Below, one piece after another: positions 43,072 through 48,932 of a stretch of 48,932 nt of DNA (positions within the stretch are counted from its first letter, which is position 1; every line of letters starts with the position of its first letter). The translations under genes were made by a program, and so were the position numbers. The stretch lies in the UHGV virus genome UHGV-1350838. One strand, given 5' to 3'. The DNA comes from a virus. Below the pieces are notes generated by a model. That model searched no databases, was not told the origin of the DNA, and was given only the letters and a program-made list of their open reading frames with translations.

Positions 43072-43677
43072 TTACACTGGTGTGTTCAGCAAATCGTTAA
43101 CGGCATCAGATGCCGGGTTACCTGCAGCCAGCGGTGCCGGTGCCCCCTGCATCAGACGATCCAGCGCAGTGTCACTGCGCGCCTGTGCACTCTGTGGTGC
43201 TGCGGCCAGAATGCGGCGGGCCGTTTTCACGGTCATACCGGGGGTTTCTGCCAGCACGCGTGCCTGTTCTTCGCGTCCGTGAGCCTCCTCACAGTTGAGG
43301 ATCCCCATAATGCGGCTGTTTTCTGCCGCAACCGCTGCGGTGATCTGCGCGTTCACGTCCGGCTGCGCCGCGCTGGCGTTCTCGCCCTCCGTCGCTGGCA
43401 CCACGTCAGTAACGTCAGCCTGCGAAGCAGTGGCTGAAACAGTTGTTGATTGAGTCTCTTTGGTCATTCGCCCTCCTGAGAGACGGGATTTACGTGCATC
43501 CAGTGCATCACGCATGACGGTGATCGCATCGGTGCTGTTAACAAGTTCATCAGCCAGTCCGGCATCAATGGCCTCCTGACCGCTGTACACTGCAGCCTCG
43601 GTATCCAGCACAACCTGCACGGACAGGCCGGTATATGCCGACACCTTCTGCGCAAACATCTGGCGGGTTGCGTCCAT
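43072..43677 (-). CDS. nu3: Scaffolding protein Nu3 (in-frame internal start within C)
   Basis: 201 aa from MDATRQMFAQKVSAYTGL, same frame as C. Confidence 0.6.
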   Translation of the reverse strand: MDATRQMFAQKVSAYTGLSVQVVLDTEAAVYSGQEAIDAGLADELVNSTDAITVMRDALDARKSRLSGGRMTKETQSTTVSATASQADVTDVVPATEGENASAAQPDVNAQITAAVAAENSRIMGILNCEEAHGREEQARVLAETPGMTVKTARRILAAAPQSAQARSDTALDRLMQGAPAPLAAGNPASDAVNDLLNTPV

Positions 43678-44371
43678 CCGGGACTGCAGTGTCTCCCGGA
43701 CGTCATCCGGAAGATGGCTGTAGGGGTTGCCATCCACCTTATGGCTGCCGCTGTAAATCAGCGTGATTTCCACACCCTGTTTCTCCAGCGCAGCACCGTA
43801 ATTACTGTGAGCCATCATGACGCCGATGGAGCCTGTCCGGGCGGTCTGCGTGACCAGACGCCGGGAGGCGGCACTGGCAAGCAACTGACCTGCACTGCAG
43901 TTCATGTCGTTGGCAAGCGCCCATACCGGTTTTATGTCACGCACACGGGCGATGATGTCAGCGCAGTCAAATGCCCCCGCCACCATCCCGCCGGGCGTGT
44001 CCATATCGAGCAGAATGCCGTCCACCATCGGATCGCTGGCAGCCTGTTGCAGACGGGCGATAATGCCGTTGTAACCGGTCATCCCCGAGTACGGCTGCAG
44101 CGCCCGCGTCCGGCTGACCAGCGTGCCGGACACCGGCAGCACGGCGATGCCGTTCATGACCTGATAACTGCGGGCCTGTCGTGGTCCGTCATCATCACCG
44201 GATAATGCCAGCGTCGCGAGTGCCTCCTGGGCAGTCAGGCTGTCGCCGGACACCGCATCCGTCAGGCTGCTGATCCCAAGCTGGCCTGCAAGCGCACAAA
44301 AGAAAACCCGCGCATAGGCGGGTTCAAGCATCAGCGGCTCATTAAAGGCCATGCTGGCAATATGCGGGAGA

Positions 44372-44391
<20 letters not shown>
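43072..44391 (-). CDS. C: Head maturation protease / scaffold C
   Basis: 439 aa with GTG start at 44391 (TAELRNLPHIASMAF...); overlaps the B 3' end by 20 bp. Confidence 0.9.
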
Positions 44392-48378
<3,987 letters not shown>

Positions 48379-48404
<26 letters not shown>

Positions 48405-48924
48405 TCAGCAACCCCGGTATCAGTTCATCCAGCGCGGCTGCTTTGTTCATGGCTTTGATGATATCCCGTTTCAGGAAATCAACATGTCGGTTTTCCAGTT
48501 CCGGAAAACGCCGCTGCACCGACAGGGGGAGCCCGTCGAGAATACTGGCAATTTCACCTGCGATCCGCGACAGCACGAAAGTACAGAATGCGGTTTCCAC
48601 CACTTCAGCGGAGTCTCTGGCATTCTTCAGTTCCTGTGCGTCGGCCTGCGCACGCGTAAGTCGATGGCGTTCGTACTCAATAGTTCCTGGCTGGAGATCT
48701 GCCTCGCTGGCCTGCCGCAGTTCTTCAACCTCCCGGCGCAGCTTTTCGTTCTCAATTTCAGCATCCCTTTCGGCATACCATTTTATGACGGCGGCAGAGT
48801 CATAAAGCACCTCATTACCCTTGCCACCGCCTCGCAGAACGGGCATTCCCTGTTCCTGCCAGTTCTGAATGGTACGGATACTCGCACCGAAAATGTCAGC
48901 CAGCTGCTTTTTGTTGACTTCCAT
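48379..48924 (-). CDS. nu1: Terminase small subunit Nu1
   Basis: 181 aa MEVNKKQLADIFGASIRTIQNWQEQGMPVLRGGGKGNEV. Confidence 0.95.
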
Positions 48925-48932
48925 TGTTCATT

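Overview
The whole window is a near-complete bacteriophage lambda genome, written in reverse complement to the conventional map. It runs from the right cohesive end (position 51) through lysis, Q, nin, replication, immunity, recombination, int/xis/attP, the b2 region, tail and head genes, and stops 8 bp past the nu1 start codon. I recognised the genes by comparing the supplied ORF translations with lambda protein sequences recalled from memory; no search was run. The genotype is the laboratory strain cI857 ind1 Sam7, so this is a thoroughly characterised phage and I see no room for an inserted novel system. What departs from reference lambda: (1) a perfect in-frame 306-bp tandem duplication inside portal gene B; (2) a perfect in-frame 255-bp tandem duplication inside decoration gene D; (3) a 50-bp lambda segment in opposite orientation joined to the right cohesive end, forming a 54-bp inverted repeat, with no left-end cos sequence in the window; (4) a possible net +1 bp between L and K. 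The most interesting native feature is the overlapping ea59/ea31 pair in the AT-rich b2 region, an ATPase plus HNH nuclease that resembles a two-gene defence module; that is a hypothesis, not a demonstrated function. No tRNA, rRNA, CRISPR array or transposase was seen.
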